A stretch of DNA of 59,116 bases, filler included, from Sphacelaria rigidula (taxonomy: Eukaryota), in the NCBI GenBank assembly GCA_964200075.2. It is 10 parts of 10 records of this genome, joined end to end, with 100 filler letters (N's around TTAATTAATTAA, not from the genome) between each part and the next. Parts side by side here need not be neighbours in the genome. Positions count along the whole stretch, not along the records: positions 11,845 to 17,666 come from CAXNAA020024200.1; positions 17,767 to 23,588 come from CAXNAA020024201.1; positions 23,689 to 29,510 come from CAXNAA020024202.1; 7 more parts are not named here. One strand, given 5' to 3'. The notes beneath the pieces are model-generated. The model did not search any database. It had not been told where the DNA came from and saw only the letters and a program-made list of their open reading frames with translations. Below are positions 11,745 through 24,850 of the stretch, one piece after another. Position 1 is the first letter of the stretch, and the number at the start of each line of letters is the position of its first letter. The translations under genes and the position numbers were made by a program.

Positions 11745-12065
11745 NNNNNNNNNNNNNNNNNNNNNNNNNNNNNNNNNNNNNNNNNNNNTTAATTAATTAA
11801 NNNNNNNNNNNNNNNNNNNNNNNNNNNNNNNNNNNNNNNNNNNNCTTTTGGGCAATCAGGCCAAATAAATCGTGAATTTGGTGATTTTGAGTCGTGATGA
11901 TTCATCCTAACCGGGAAACTTTCGGGCTTCCTCATGACCCTGCGGTTACATAGGCGCGTTTTCAGCAACATGCCTCTGTTTCGTGCAGACGCCAGACACA
12001 TCATTCCCAACCAGCCTCATTGATCGTTCTGGAAGCCCGGTTCCAAAGGGATTATTTTTTGCCAC

Positions 12066-12300
12066 AACCAGCAATGACTCGAGTGCTCACCCCGTTAATT
12101 TTTTCCACAACGAGCACTGAATCAAGTGCTCGCCCTATTTTTTTTTTCTTCACAAAGAGCAATGACTTAAGTGCTCGCCCTATTAATTTTTTCCACAACG
12201 AGCAATGACTCGAGTGCTCGCCCTATTAAATTTTACGGCCAACGAGCAGCCCAACGAGTGCGAGTGCCACGAGTCACACTCGTGCTCGTCCGACGTGTGA
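12066..12300 (+). repeat. ~42-bp tandem units (GAGCAATGACTCGAGTGCTCGCCCTATT..TTCCACAAC)
   Basis: About 4-5 degenerate copies; an inverted cluster lies at 36435-36545. Confidence 0.8.
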
Positions 12301-12304
12301 AAAC

Positions 12305-13019
12305 TTCAGGCCGTTATGACTTAGAACCTGAAGCTTTACACATGAATATGCTATGTGTCAATACGCAACTTTCTATGGACGAGTTATTGTTACTTGGCGA
12401 GTTTTTTTTACCGTTTTTCGGGGGTCCGACGGGATCCATGTCGTTTTTCGAAGTAGTTTCCATTCTGCGACCCCGGAAAACCGGCACAACAATATATTTT
12501 TACATCTTCTCGCTAACGGTTTGTCGCCGCATATCACAATGAAGGGCCCCACAAAAATTCGTCGCACAACACGATCAACTGATGCTTGAATTTTCATGTT
12601 CACGTCAAAGAAGGCCCAAAAACGGCGTTTTGATACTAAAACTAAGTAGTTTGCGGTTTCACCGCGGCACGGCAAAGTTCATCGCACAAAAGCGAAAAAC
12701 CTCGCGCCATTTTAACAAGTTATACCCTGAAATTTTGCACAACTGTGCTATGAGTCATTACGCAACTTTGGATGAACGAGTTTCTTATATCTTATTTTGT
12801 CACCGTCTTACGGGGGTCCGACTGGATCGAAGTTTCCCCGAAAACCTGGGACCCCCGAAAAACGGCGAAAAAAGTCAAAAAGGGGAAAAAAATCGACCTT
12901 CGAAAGTTGCGTAATGTCCCGTATAACATCTGTGCAAGAATTCAGAATCTAACTCCTTAAAACGGCGTGAGGTTTTGGCCGATGGGTGTTTTTGGGTGAT
13001 GGGCGTGAACCAACCTGTA
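12305..13019 (-). mobile_element. Probable DNA-transposon terminal fragment
   Basis: Minus strand starts TA-CAGGTTGGTTCACGCCC. The motif ACGCAACTTT..GGGGGTCCGAC is repeated internally at ~12360 and ~12760. Confidence 0.4.
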
Positions 13020-13659
13020 CAACAGATAGAAGGGAAAACGTCACGAGACTCCCTGGGCCTTTCGTGAGGATCATGAGTGGAAATTAGACGACGCCAAAAC
13101 TCCGTATCACCGACACACCACGGTTTCCCTTTTAACTCGACCTCGTTGGAACCGTTTTCAAATCCGTTTCTCCCGTTAGATTCCCGAGCTGATGGCGGTT
13201 AGTGCAGTTTGAAGCATGTGGAGATTCGGTGAAAACTGGGCTTGGACGTCGTGTTTTCAATTTCAGAACGGCCGATCACCAAATCGATAATGGAGCTTTT
13301 CACTGAGGGGGGTTGCTACGGTAGGGGTGCAATAATATTTTTTGAGGTTCGAAGTGTTCGGAGTCTGTGCTGTACAAGCTGGGCCCGTCGACAAACGTGA
13401 GTATCCCGGGCACACGAAAACTTTATCGTTTTCGAGCGATCCTACGGAAGGGGTGCACAAATATTTTCTGAGCTTAGAATTGTTAGGAGCCCTTCATCTC
13501 ATCCAAAAGACAAGTTACGGAATATGTGAGAGCACACCAGGATTACTATCGCACTGTGCGAGGGACATCGCGAATAAAATTCGCAAGCGGGGAAGCCCTG
13601 ACCCATATTCCTGTGCATCTAGAATCGTTAGGAACCCCTGAACCCGACAAGATTTTGCG

Positions 13660-13900
13660 AAAAAAGTGCACCCTTACCGTAGCATTACTCTTTCCTGAGA
13701 TCCGCCCGATGTAAGTATATCGCTGTGATGCACGCACTGCCACTAACGAAAAATGAAGAATATGTACTACATAATATATAACCACAACGACGGAACCAGA
13801 TTCTGCGAAAAAATAAGGGATGCGTCGGGATTCGAACTCGTGATCTACACAACTGGGGTCTCCTGTATTGCTTAGATTACCGGGGCGCAGCGGTGGCACC
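13660..13900 (-). mobile_element. tRNA-derived SINE-like remnant
   Basis: B-box GAGTTCGAATCCC on the minus strand (~13827-13839). The AAAAGTGCACCCTTACCGTAG motif is shared with 47118-47145. Confidence 0.45.
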
Positions 13901-14906
13901 CAAAAGGTTGCACGCGCAGCCCAATTGTTTTGGTTTTCAGCCGAATTTTACGAGCATGTTTTGCACGCCAGGTGAAAATTCGTGCTCGAATGAGCAACAT
14001 CTTTTTTTAATGTTTTTGATGTTTTTCATGGAGTTATGACAATATAACTTTTTCGCTGTCATTTCGAATCTCTCTCTTCTTCTTTTTTCTACTTATTTTT
14101 GTTGCTTCCAATGTGTCCCGCGTTTCGAAATGAACATATCGTGTCATTATTTCAGTGCCGCACTCCTGATATCAAGCGGCGCGTCACCTGCCAACCGCGA
14201 ACAGGGACCGTTGTCCAGCCCAGCTCGTACTCTTATACGGACATGTGATTGTGTAGCACTGTACATCCGCACGGTACATATGTGCAGTGCGATGCGTTAT
14301 CCAGTAACGTAGGGCATGATGCGGTGTTGCGCGGCGTCGTACGAGTAGCGGTACCACAGCACACTTTTGTTTGTACCAATTTGATACGATGCAGGCCGAA
14401 TGATACGGTCTGCTGTATGATACGGTCTGCTGTATGATACGGCATGGAGCAGTCCGTTCACATCACACCCGCTGTTCAACGTATACTGCACCTAGCTCTC
14501 AAACTTTCTTGTGTCTGACATGTCAATGTGCCAACATTCCGCTGCAGCGCAGCTGCACCGACATTGTGGATCGTACCTATCCCCACCGGAGTCATGGCAC
14601 GGTAGGGGTTGCAGATTTGGACCCAGATCTTTCTCATTCAGGGGCTCCTATATGAGTCAGGACAATCCCGTTCTCAAATTCATCCGGGATATCCGTAGCA
14701 CATTGGAATGCTAATCGTGGCGTGCGCTCACGCATTCTATACTTCGTTTTTTGGATGCAATTCAGAGTTCCAACGAACTCAAACCTCAGAAAATATTTTC
14801 GTGCACGCCTACCGGACTACCACTCATCGATTGTTCTCAACCCCTGCTTTTATCTTTTCCTCCCTCCCTTGCTTCGCTTTTCATACAAGCTTCCACCACC
14901 CAAGTG

Positions 14907-16781
14907 ATGGGAGGAGGTCGAAAGCCGCGTCATCGCCGTCGGCGGCGGCGAGGCAGACGTTTGGACTTGCCGCCCGTCAACCCCGAGCACAGCCGTTGGC
15001 TCGCGGAGTCTGCTGCGGACGCCGGGAAGACGGACTACGAGTTTCGACGAGCAAAAAACACGGAAAGCGACGGGGCCCGTCGCATGCGGAAGGTAGGTAT
15101 TTAAGCTCTCTTTTGCTCAACGCACGGATCGTTGCCGATGAAGATACATGCATAGCCGAATCCGCGTGTACCATATTACTCCGGATTGCTACGTTTTCGT
15201 CCTCACGTGCGCGTTGTATATCTTGACTGTGTTGTGTACACTCATACTTGGGAAGTACTTGGCAGGCTGTGGCAACAAAGAACCGGCGAAGATTTATGAG
15301 CGTTGGCGACGAGACACAGATGCTTCGATTGGAGCGCGGTATTTTTTAGATCGTCAATTGAAAAACCCGTGCATAAACTCCTCGTTCTGCCAATGCCCGT
15401 GCTCACCGCATATCCCCGAAGGTCGTAAGATCGTTACGTGTAGCGTTTCTGAATGGTCCGTCGTGCCTCTCTATCTCTCTTCCTTTCTTTCGCGTTGTCC
15501 TTTTTCTTTCTACTCAAGCTCACTTCCGCGTGTCCCCCTCCCCCCCCCCCGACATACTCTCATCCCCTCCCCTTCCTCGGTACGAGTCCGTGGTCTCAAC
15601 CCATCTCCGTGCCATACGCGACTTTGCAACTGCCTCCCTTTTTGTTTGACACATACCGGGGTTCAAAAACTCGAGTTGAAGCCTAAGCTCCCACCTACTG
15701 TTTTCCTACGCGCATATGAAGCAGAATCCCCTCTATTGGGAAATATCAGAAGCAAAAAAATACCAGAAGGCCTCCTCTCGGGAGAATGGAGCTGTAAAAG
15801 TAGTGCTGACTGACAGGGATTGGCGAATCGTGCCGTAGAAGCATGTATCGGCCTGAACAGGCCACAACACGAAAAAAGGCTATGTTTCTCCCTCACCGTT
15901 TCACCGTTTTCAACGGGTACATCCGATCAAATTCGTTTTGCAAGACCGGCTGGGGTAGTGTAAAAAAGTTAATCTGTTACCATCTGCTGCTTATGTTGCT
16001 CTGCATGTCGGAGTCAGTGAATGACGCACCACAGAATGTTAAGACCTGGCTCCCGCAGTACTCACCAGCTAATTTCCCACTATCGTTTTCCTGGCCTGCG
16101 GTTCATTCTCTTGAAATAAAGTGGTCACCTGTGTTGCCGTGTCCTCAACCCGTAACCCGTGGTGTTCACGATCAGCACGCGCGTTTTTATCTTCATGCGA
16201 AAATCAGAGATTCCTCCTCGTCGCCAACAATACTCCATCCTTTCTGAGACGCACGGGGTCAGCCATCTAACCGCTACGGCATACAGAAAAAAGAACATGA
16301 GGACTTTCCCCCGCGCACCATTGCTGCCACTCTTCTCCAAAAACTCCCCGCAAGCCAGGCTGCCGAAGACAGCGTGGAAATGTATGTTGGAAACCTCCCG
16401 CACGGCACAAAAGGCCGGGACCTAGCCCAGTTCTTGCAGCAGTCTCTATCATCATCGTCGTCGCCATTTGCGGCGCGGGGTGGAGGCGGAGCTGGTGCCC
16501 AAGCCGAGCCGCCCGTCTTGGGGTGCAAGGTGAAAAAGAAAGGGGCGACTTTCGCGTTTGCCACGGTACGGTCGGAAACTGAGGCGAAAAAACTTGAAGG
16601 GCAAGAGCTATACCTCGGCGGCCGACGTCTCCGAGTGAGTCGAGCAAGGGGTTCCGTCAAGAAGCCGATGAGCACCACGCCCGGGTTCGTGTGCGACAGC
16701 GTCCAGCTGTGCGCAGAGTCGCCCCCTGGAGAAAAAATGACGGTGGTATGGGAGGTCAACTCCGGGAGGGTTGAGTTTCAG
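14907..16781 (+). CDS. 5' exons (14907-15092, 16359-16781) of an RRM protein resembling the N-terminus of RDR1/2/6-type RNA-dependent RNA polymerase
   Basis: ATG plus Arg-rich NLS-like exon ending AAG|GTAGGT. Exon 2 (CAG|AAEDSVEMYVGNLP..FAFATV..LYLGGRRLRVS..VVWEVNSGRVEFQ|GTATGC) has RNP2 and RNP1. Both junctions are phase 0. The RRM is secure; the RdRP assignment is inference. Confidence 0.7.
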
Positions 16782-17135
16782 GTATGCATTGCATAACTGT
16801 GAGGGGTTGATTCCCTTCAATGACGTTTCGGGTCTGAATTTGGACGGGCTCTTGAGCTTTGAATTCGTGGGGCATATTGAGTCTGTGTACGAGATTTGGC
16901 TCGAAAATATGTAAATTCCGCTGTTGCATGGATTTCAACATCTTCGCAGTCAGAGAATCAAGTTTGAGGCCATCCACTGTAGTGTACAGTCATTTTGTGG
17001 CCTTGGAAAATGACAATCGGGTCTTGTATCATGGTTAGGCTCATGATGTAGCATGATATAAATATTGATCTGACATTACACTGAGGCACCCGTTCCGTGC
17101 GGAGGGGGGATGTACACATGATCATGCATGCCATT

Positions 17136-17330
17136 GTCATGAGACCATTGTCCTCGCATTCCTACAAAGCCGGGACGGAGCACGTCGGATTTTCGCCGGA
17201 CCAGGCTCGCACTTCATCACAAAGCGCGAAGCGCCGTGGTGTGTTCGGCGAGTCGCATGAAGGGTGAGCTGCATCCTGCTAAGATTGTTCGGCTCGAAGC
17301 TCACTGATGATTTTACATGTGGATGACAGC
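17136..17330 (+). repeat. Dispersed repeat; reverse-complement copy at 23700-23905; partial direct repeat at 17625-17666
   Basis: Shared ATGAAGGGTGAGCTGCATCCTGCTAAGATTGTTCGG and CCTACAAAGCCG.GACGGAGCACG. Confidence 0.75.
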
Positions 17331-18494
17331 TTGCAATGAACTGCTTCATTTTCTGGCGTCGCCACTTCCAGAGACAGCCACCGCTTATACACTGCCTCAT
17401 GTGTGTTTCACTATTCAACCATACGTAGTACGATCATCCCCATTGTGCGGAGTTGAGGTTCTCCTACACCGCACAACATGATCTAGCTCGACCACCATCA
17501 TGGTCACCGCAAACAAAACGCAAGCGCGCAAAAACATAATTAACCTGGTTGCCTAACTTCCGCAGTGAGTGGCGTGTATTACAGCGTCATCGCCAACCGA
17601 CGCCAACCCCATCGGGGGTCCGCCCCTACAAAGCCGAGACGGAGCACGCCGGGTTCCCGCCGGACANNNNNNNNNNNNNNNNNNNNNNNNNNNNNNNNNN
17701 NNNNNNNNNNTTAATTAATTAANNNNNNNNNNNNNNNNNNNNNNNNNNNNNNNNNNNNNNNNNNNNTGCAATGGAGGGATGGGACTTCAACCTCATATTT
17801 TGTTTCAACCCCAAAAATTCGGATCGGGTGTTATATGTGAATATATGAACGTGCGAGGAAAAAAACATTTTGTAGAAAATTGAAATATATACCGTGTGCG
17901 TCGCCCTGGTACAGGCAGGTTCAAGAACAGCAGTCCGAAACACCCATAAATCTTCCCAAGTCACCCACCGCGTTCAATCGCGTTCGATCATGCCTACCGA
18001 AAAAAATGCCGGTGGAGGTCTGTAACCGTGCGGAAGAACAGACAGACTGGCGGGCTGGCCTCGCCCAAGCTCAAGCCCAACGTGCGGTGGAAGTGAAGAC
18101 AAGGATCGTATCAAAAGTGCCCCCATCACTTTTCAAAAACTCACTTACGGAGAAGTGATGCCACCATAATGACCAGTGATTAGTTTCATCTACAAGCACT
18201 TATGTTGAGATCGAAGCCCAGATCTGCGCACGCACGTCTGGGTTCCACGTTTTTGGATTTGCGCCTTTCATCGAATACTGGACGGGTTTCCGTCAAACAA
18301 AGGCTGCCGTGTGTGGATAATGAGGTATCACTTGAACGATGCGCGTGAGTGGTGCGTTTCTGTGCGTGTTTTTTCAGGGCTGGGTGTGTACGTGTTGTGC
18401 TTCGTTATTGCATCTTGTCGGCAGCATTACACAGACCTTGGACCTGGTTGGACTAACGACCACTACCACACCCGCTGCAATTCTCAACCTGCGT

Positions 18495-18755
18495 TCAGAC
18501 CTGGGTTACAAGTTTTCGCATTTAAATACAGTTCGTCTTCAGGTTTCGAGCCGTGTATGAAATCAGCCGAAGGTCTAAAACGTGGAACATGTCTTGTCTC
18601 ACTGTACTTCAGCACAAACACTGCGTGCAGATCTGGGTTACAAGTTTTTGCATTTGAATACAGTCCGTCTTCAGGTTTCAAGAGGTCAGGACGCTGTGAT
18701 TTTGCAACAAGAGAAGTTGATGCGTACTGTATACAGTCCGTCTTCAGGTTCTAAA
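18495..18755 (+). repeat. Local direct repeats
   Basis: CTGGGTTACAAGTTTT.GCATTT.AATACAGT.CGTCTTCAGGTT occurs twice, plus a third partial copy. Confidence 0.7.
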
Positions 18756-19384
18756 ACCAAAAAATCAGGTTCTAGAACCAGAAAACACTGCAGAACTGCC
18801 ATGTTGTCTAGTGTTAGGTGTAGTACTCTGCACTTCATATACCACTGCAGAGTTGTCTGGTGCTGAGTGTACCACCCTTTACTCAAGATAATGGGGTCAT
18901 CTTTTGAGCAGTTTTTCAAAAATTCTGCTCGTTTTTCGAAAGGTTCTGCTCGTTTCTTGGAAAGTATTCCGAAAAAACGAGACTGTTTTCTGTCACAGAA
19001 ATTTAATGCCGAATCTGGAATAGCCTGAGACAACAACCAATTCGAAAATTGGAATTGGGAGCGCCCTGGACACAGGGCAAGATATAGCGTCAATATCATT
19101 CATTAGCGTTGCACTACAGTGAAAGTAGTTTTGGCATATATGAGACGAGTAAGAAATCAAGAATAGTTCCTTACCCCGGAATGTAACCCTTTTGGAACGC
19201 GCGACGAACAGCACAAACTCAAACTCCTATATGCGAGCTTTCGTCACTGGGAAAACGTCACTTCGAGTTCGGCGCATGAATCTGTCACAGTAGTTTATGA
19301 ATTTGGAGTGGTGCACCGTTTTGGTGGACTGCGTTATCAACAATTGCAGAAAAACAACTATATCTTGCCCAAAACAATGCACGC

Positions 19385-19650
19385 TTCGGACGAATCATCG
19401 CCGGTTCGAACCACCAAGTCCACGATTTTTCAGGCCTGATTGCTCGAAAGAGAGGGAAAAAGTTGGCCGCTCGTCAAGAAGGTCTCCCCTCAATTTTTGT
19501 GCGCCATTCCACGTGCCTGGGCTGCGCGTATTCAAGTCGAACTGCTGAAAACAAAGTCCACGGATTGATCCATACGGTACGAATCAATCAGATTAAAATC
19601 AAGCGATTCCCAGACGAATCATCGATTCGTCCGACCCGTGAAACAATGTC
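19385..19650 (+). repeat. Dispersed repeat, second copy at 46815-47075
   Basis: TTCGGACGAATCATCGCCGGTTCGAA.CACCAA.TCCACGA is colinear over ~260 bp. Confidence 0.85.
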
Positions 19651-21453
19651 AATTATGAATCGTCACTTTTTCATCAACGGCTCCGAAGGATTAATACATG
19701 CACCCCTCTCCGAAACATGATCACGCGGGTAGTATCTACCGTGTCGGCGTGTACACACAAATGGGGATGCACCTAGACACACGAACGAATCGATGGAATG
19801 TGAGAACAATGAGGTATTTTCTCCGACCCCGCGTTACGACACGCCCGGGGATTAAACCCTTTTATTCTTCCCTACACACGATGCGGGGTGTCACGTCCGT
19901 TCTTGCCAGTTAAATCGGTATTTACACACGAAAGGCGATCCCCCACAACATGTGGGAGGCATCGTTGATACGCCTTCACCCTATCCTACTGCTTCGTGAT
20001 CTCTTCCCCCTATTTTTACTAGAGCGGACGAAATCAATGCTTTCTCTTTCTGAACAATTTCAGCGGGAATGAAGTGTTATCCAACGTTTGACCGTTTGCG
20101 GCCGAATGACAAAAAATCTGAGCGCATGAACTGTACCGACAGAACGCCTACAACCTACCCAAATCAGTGCTACCGTCTTTCTTAACGGGACTGCAGACAA
20201 CCCTGGGAAAACATTGTTCTATCCCTTCCCTAAGTACGCGATGGTCAAACGACTAAGGCAAGCAACAAATGAGTACGCCCCCCCCTCCCCACGTAGACGC
20301 AGTTTAATATTTACCATCAGGGCCTGTAAAATGTGGATGGTGATATCCATGAACACGCGAGTGGTCACTATAATGTGTACAACTTACCCCTACTGCCTCT
20401 TGACTGTTCCCGCTCCCTATGCACTCTCCCGAAGACAATATCAACAACGCACCCCCTCTCTGAACATTCTCACCGGAAAAGGAGGCGTTTCCCGATATGA
20501 AAGCCATCTGCCGCTGGACAACAATGAATCTGAGCGCGTGAGCGTTACCAGTAGATAGCGTACAACGTACGACGAATTATGTTACCTCTTGTTTTTTCCA
20601 ACGGTACTGCAGACACCGGCGAAGGCGCTGTTCTATCCCCCCGTAGCTACGCGCTGGGGTCATGATCTACCGTAAGGGCCCGTTGAATACGAATGACGAT
20701 GCCCCTGGACACCAGTGGTCACTAGAATGGATACGTCCTACTTCCTTATTCGATACTACTCGCCCCCCCCCCCCCTTCCCGCCCCGACGATGAAATCAGT
20801 TATCTCCTCCCCAAGCACCCTCACCGAGGGTATGTTCGCTCTTCAGTGAGCATTTCTTCACAACCACTGACAGGATCGGCCTACGGAGGACACCTTTCTC
20901 AATGCAAATGCGGTACTCTCACCACCGACTGCAGAAGTCACACAACACATAATTTTAAAATTTGCACCTTCATCATATTCAAATATCATCAACGAAGAAC
21001 ACCACCCTCGCTGCCAATACGGTACTCTCAACACTCACTACAGCAGTCAGAAAACACATACTGTCAAGACTTCCAACTCCATCGTGAGGGTCACACGAAA
21101 AACGTCACACACCATACCAGAATTGATATGTATGTGTGGCCACAACCAATACAAACAGCCCGTGGGTGAACGGGCGATAGGGTATCGCACTCAACGCGGA
21201 ATAGTACGAAGAAACATCAAGGCGCTTCACCTCCAGCGTGTGGACGGTGGGCCCGTCATTCAGGGAGAAACTGCTTGGATACAAGAGACCTCTTCACGAA
21301 GTCGTGCAAAAAATGGAAATCGCTCTCTACATATCTGCAGCCATTCCCAAAGCAAGAACCACATTGGTCGGCACTTACCGCCTCTAAGCGCCGGTGACAC
21401 AACGACACCCCTTAGTTCCGTCCTCACGAGGGTTCCTCTTCCTGCTCTAAATA

Positions 21454-22652
21454 CTAGTGAGGTGAGATCACTTTTCCGGCATCATTTCGATACACATAAC
21501 GCGGTTCGTCGTCCACCATAACCTTTGGTGTTGTAACGCCACGCGGCTGCAATGGGTAGTGAATCTCAGTCGCGTTGCCGAGGAAAGCAGTCCACCAGCT
21601 GAACGTGCTGTGGGCCATCACAAGCCGCGGCGCTCGCGCCAGGAAACAAAATGCATGAAATTGGTTGTCAACCATTTCCTGCACAAGGACAGGGCCGAAA
21701 CAAGACGCGGTTACAGTGAAGCGTGCGAACCCAAGGCCTACAGCAATACTATGAAATATCATTTCGCTCAAATCGCTCGCCTCCAGACAGGTGTCATTTC
21801 GCTGACAAGCTCTCGCAGGCCAGCACTTCGTCTTCATTTGATATTAGACCACGTTCTTTATGCGAACACCTCCCACCACACGTTTCGCTTGCATTTCGCT
21901 GGATATTTGGGCGCATCCTTCCTCTGCTTGGGTTGGGAGTACGTTTGTTTTCCACGTTGTTCCGCACTGCGTTATGGCGTTGCGATGCGTTCCGTTTGAT
22001 ACGTTTGCCCTCTCCATGTCTCCGGGGACCCTTCGAGTGTTGGCCGTACCGTCATTTGTCTCAACCGCTCTTCGTCTGTGAAATCGGCATCATTTTCACT
22101 TGCACGCGTGTTGCATCGTCCTAACTGCATTTTCATTCTTACCGTCTGTACTGCTGCTGCTGCACTACAGTACACGCGGGATTTTTTAGGCTGGATGCAA
22201 CGGTTTTTACTCCTTCAAATCGAATCGGCATGATTTTAACGGATGCTGACTCTTTGTGTGCTTATGCTCTGCGTGCGTCTTAAATCAGCCATATTTTCTC
22301 ATTGAAATCCGAACGGCTTCGTGTAAGGTCACGCACAACGTGCTCAGCTGATGAGCAACCACGACTTACTTTTCGAAGAATGACTGTGCCATTACGCAAC
22401 GCACGTAACTATCGCTGGTGCTAATTTACCTTGAAATTCAATCTACTAAGCGCGACGGCGCGCGCCGAAACCTTTGTACGGCCATGTATTTTCCAGGAAC
22501 GCCCAGCAACGGACCGAAATTTGCCCCTAGAAAATCTACAGCACCGCTAGATTTCGAAGAACAATGACACAAAATCGACCGCCCGTAAGTGGTTCCCCTT
22601 CAAGTGGACGTGGTGTACTCTTCTGCATCGGTATCCGGTACAATCGACGGAA

Positions 22653-22693
<41 letters not shown>

Positions 22694-23447
22694 AGACACC
22701 ACGACGTGCTCTGAATCTCAGTAGCATCAGGCTCAAAAAAGGACACGGACGATGATGAAGGCCTGTGTACTACCACGAAGCGTGGGGTTTCACAAGCACG
22801 GTATTAGAATTCTGGAAATACCCCTTAGCCACTGCAGTGCTACAGTAGCAACGACATCCAGGGCCTTGCTTCGAAATCGGTGTTGGCACTCACGGCTATT
22901 CGGATGTTGTCGTGCCGCGAACGCAATCGTTTCACCATTTCATCGGTGTCGTCGAACTCCCCCACTATCCATACGGTGTCGGGACGTCCTGCAGGGGAGG
23001 CGGCTGCCTCCCGCAGAATGCTGTCGTAGAACTGGTAGCCAAGGTCCTGTCGGTTACCATGAAAGCGGCCAACACATACAGTAAGGGTGCCGAACGCCAA
23101 AACGGAACAACGTGGTACAAAACGATCGAAAGACCATCCAGCGAAACACGGCGCAATACATGGTATCGTCGAAATCACTATATGAGGATGAGTACTGACG
23201 CTACCGGAAAGATGAGCCCACGTCTGTGACCACGGGTTTGAGAGATCGGGTCAATGTGCGGAAATAATAATATCAATAGTCACAGGCTGGGATTTTTCAT
23301 ATATACGTTTGAACGTTGGCACACCTTGAAATGAAGTTTTTCGTACTGCACGGAGGTGAGCTCTTTCCTATAGTTACGGTAGTGGATTGCCATGTCGTTG
23401 GGTCCGGGAGCAGTCTCGCCGCAACAAGCTGGGTTGAACGCCATAAT
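21454..23447 (-). CDS. GT11-like GDP-fucose-dependent fucosyltransferase, 5'-partial; exons 23447-23325, 23046-22894, 21678-21454
   Basis: Three phase-0 exons with CAG/GT borders give ..NDMAIHYRNY.. (motif I HxR), ..YQFYDSIL..VWIVGEFDD.. (motif II-like) and ..FCFLARAPRLVMAHSTFSWWTAFLGNATEIHYP (motif III STFSWW), ending at a TAG stop. Confidence 0.85.
22653..22690. repeat. (CA)n microsatellite in an intron
   Basis: Direct reading. Confidence 0.95.
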
Positions 23448-24129
23448 CTGCGAAAATACACCGACGGGGAGGGATAGGGGGTGGGGAGGGATCATGATCA
23501 TTAGTCCTACACTCTTCTGCGCAGAAGCGCCGTATGAACTCACAAAATATCGAATACTTAACCCTTTTGGAACCGTTGATGGAAAACTNNNNNNNNNNNN
23601 NNNNNNNNNNNNNNNNNNNNNNNNNNNNNNNNTTAATTAATTAANNNNNNNNNNNNNNNNNNNNNNNNNNNNNNNNNNNNNNNNNNNNCAACTCATTGTA
23701 GGCTGTCATCCAAATGCAAGATAATCAGTAGGCTTCGGGCCGAACAATCTTAGCAGGATGCAGCTCACCCTTCATGCGACTCGCCGAACCCACCACGGCG
23801 CTTGGCGCTTGGCGCTTGGCGATTGAGTGCGAACCTGGTCCGGCGAAAACCCGGCGTGGTCCGTCCCGGCATTGTAGGGATGCGAGGTCAATGGTCTTAT
23901 GACTATAGCATGCATGATCATGAGCACACCCCCCACTACGTGCTCTACAACATCAAAACATTTTCCCGCTCGCATCATTTTCCAGGCCGTTTGTGAGGGT
24001 CGGCGTTCATTTCTTTGCAGATGTTCCTGAACGAAGTATGAGGTGGCCGGTGTTTGCGTGCTTCCTATTTCACTTCGTTTCACTGATTCCTTGGGGCCGG
24101 CCGTTGTATGTCGTCATTCTCGGACAAGT

Positions 24130-24850
24130 TCGACTTCTGCGCCAAACCTCACGTCGGTTTTGAGAGTTACGGGTGTTACTAACGGTGCTATCTTTTCCCC
24201 GAAATCTCCGACTTGTTCGCAAAAAAATCTTCCTTTCCGAACAATTTGGGAGCAGATTTCTCAATCACGTGAGGCAATAGATATAGGTTGCTGCGGAAAT
24301 CTAGCGTCGGATTTATTTTCTTCAGCATTGTTGTATTTGGAGAAGCCGGCGGGGAAAGTCCCTTGAGTAGTACCCCCTCGGGAGATGTCACAGCCGTGTT
24401 TTTGGGGGCGAACTGGAGGTCGTCAGTGCTTGGTTGGTGGGAATTTCAGTTGGTTCAAGCGCTTTCTTTGGGTCATGAGCGGCCGAAAGTGGCCAGGGAT
24501 CCCAGATTCTAGACACGATTTCACGTTTGTTCGAAACCTCCCGCCGGTTTTGAGAGTTAAGAGGCGAATTCCTACTCACATGTTCCCGGAGGCGAGCCCG
24601 TGCTCTCCAGTGTTCGACTGGTCAGAGGTTAGGTCGCCTAACCGATTTCTCGGAGTCATGAGCCACCATATTTTCCCAGGGACCCCAGACAGATTATCGG
24701 AACACATTAATGTTTGCTCAAAACCTCAGACCGGTTTCGGGATAAAGGAGACGGCATTCGGCGCGGGTTTCTGGAGGTATTCCGGGGTGCGAGCCCGGAG
24801 TCGCCAGTATGTGGGTGGTCGGAGTTTCGGTCGGTTTCACCGATTTCCTT
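24130..24850 (+). repeat. Degenerate tandem repeat, period ~190 bp
   Basis: AAACCTC..CGGTTT.G.GA recurs at ~24144, 24534 and 24720; GTCATGAGC..CCAGGGA.CCCAGA at ~24472 and 24655. Confidence 0.55.

Noticed and set aside
12066..12300. CRISPR-like repeat array
   Set aside because: Inter-repeat parts are homologous to each other rather than unique spacers; no cas genes; eukaryotic context.
22912..23229. Plus-strand ORF or LINE remnant
   Set aside because: It is the antisense shadow of a fucosyltransferase exon.
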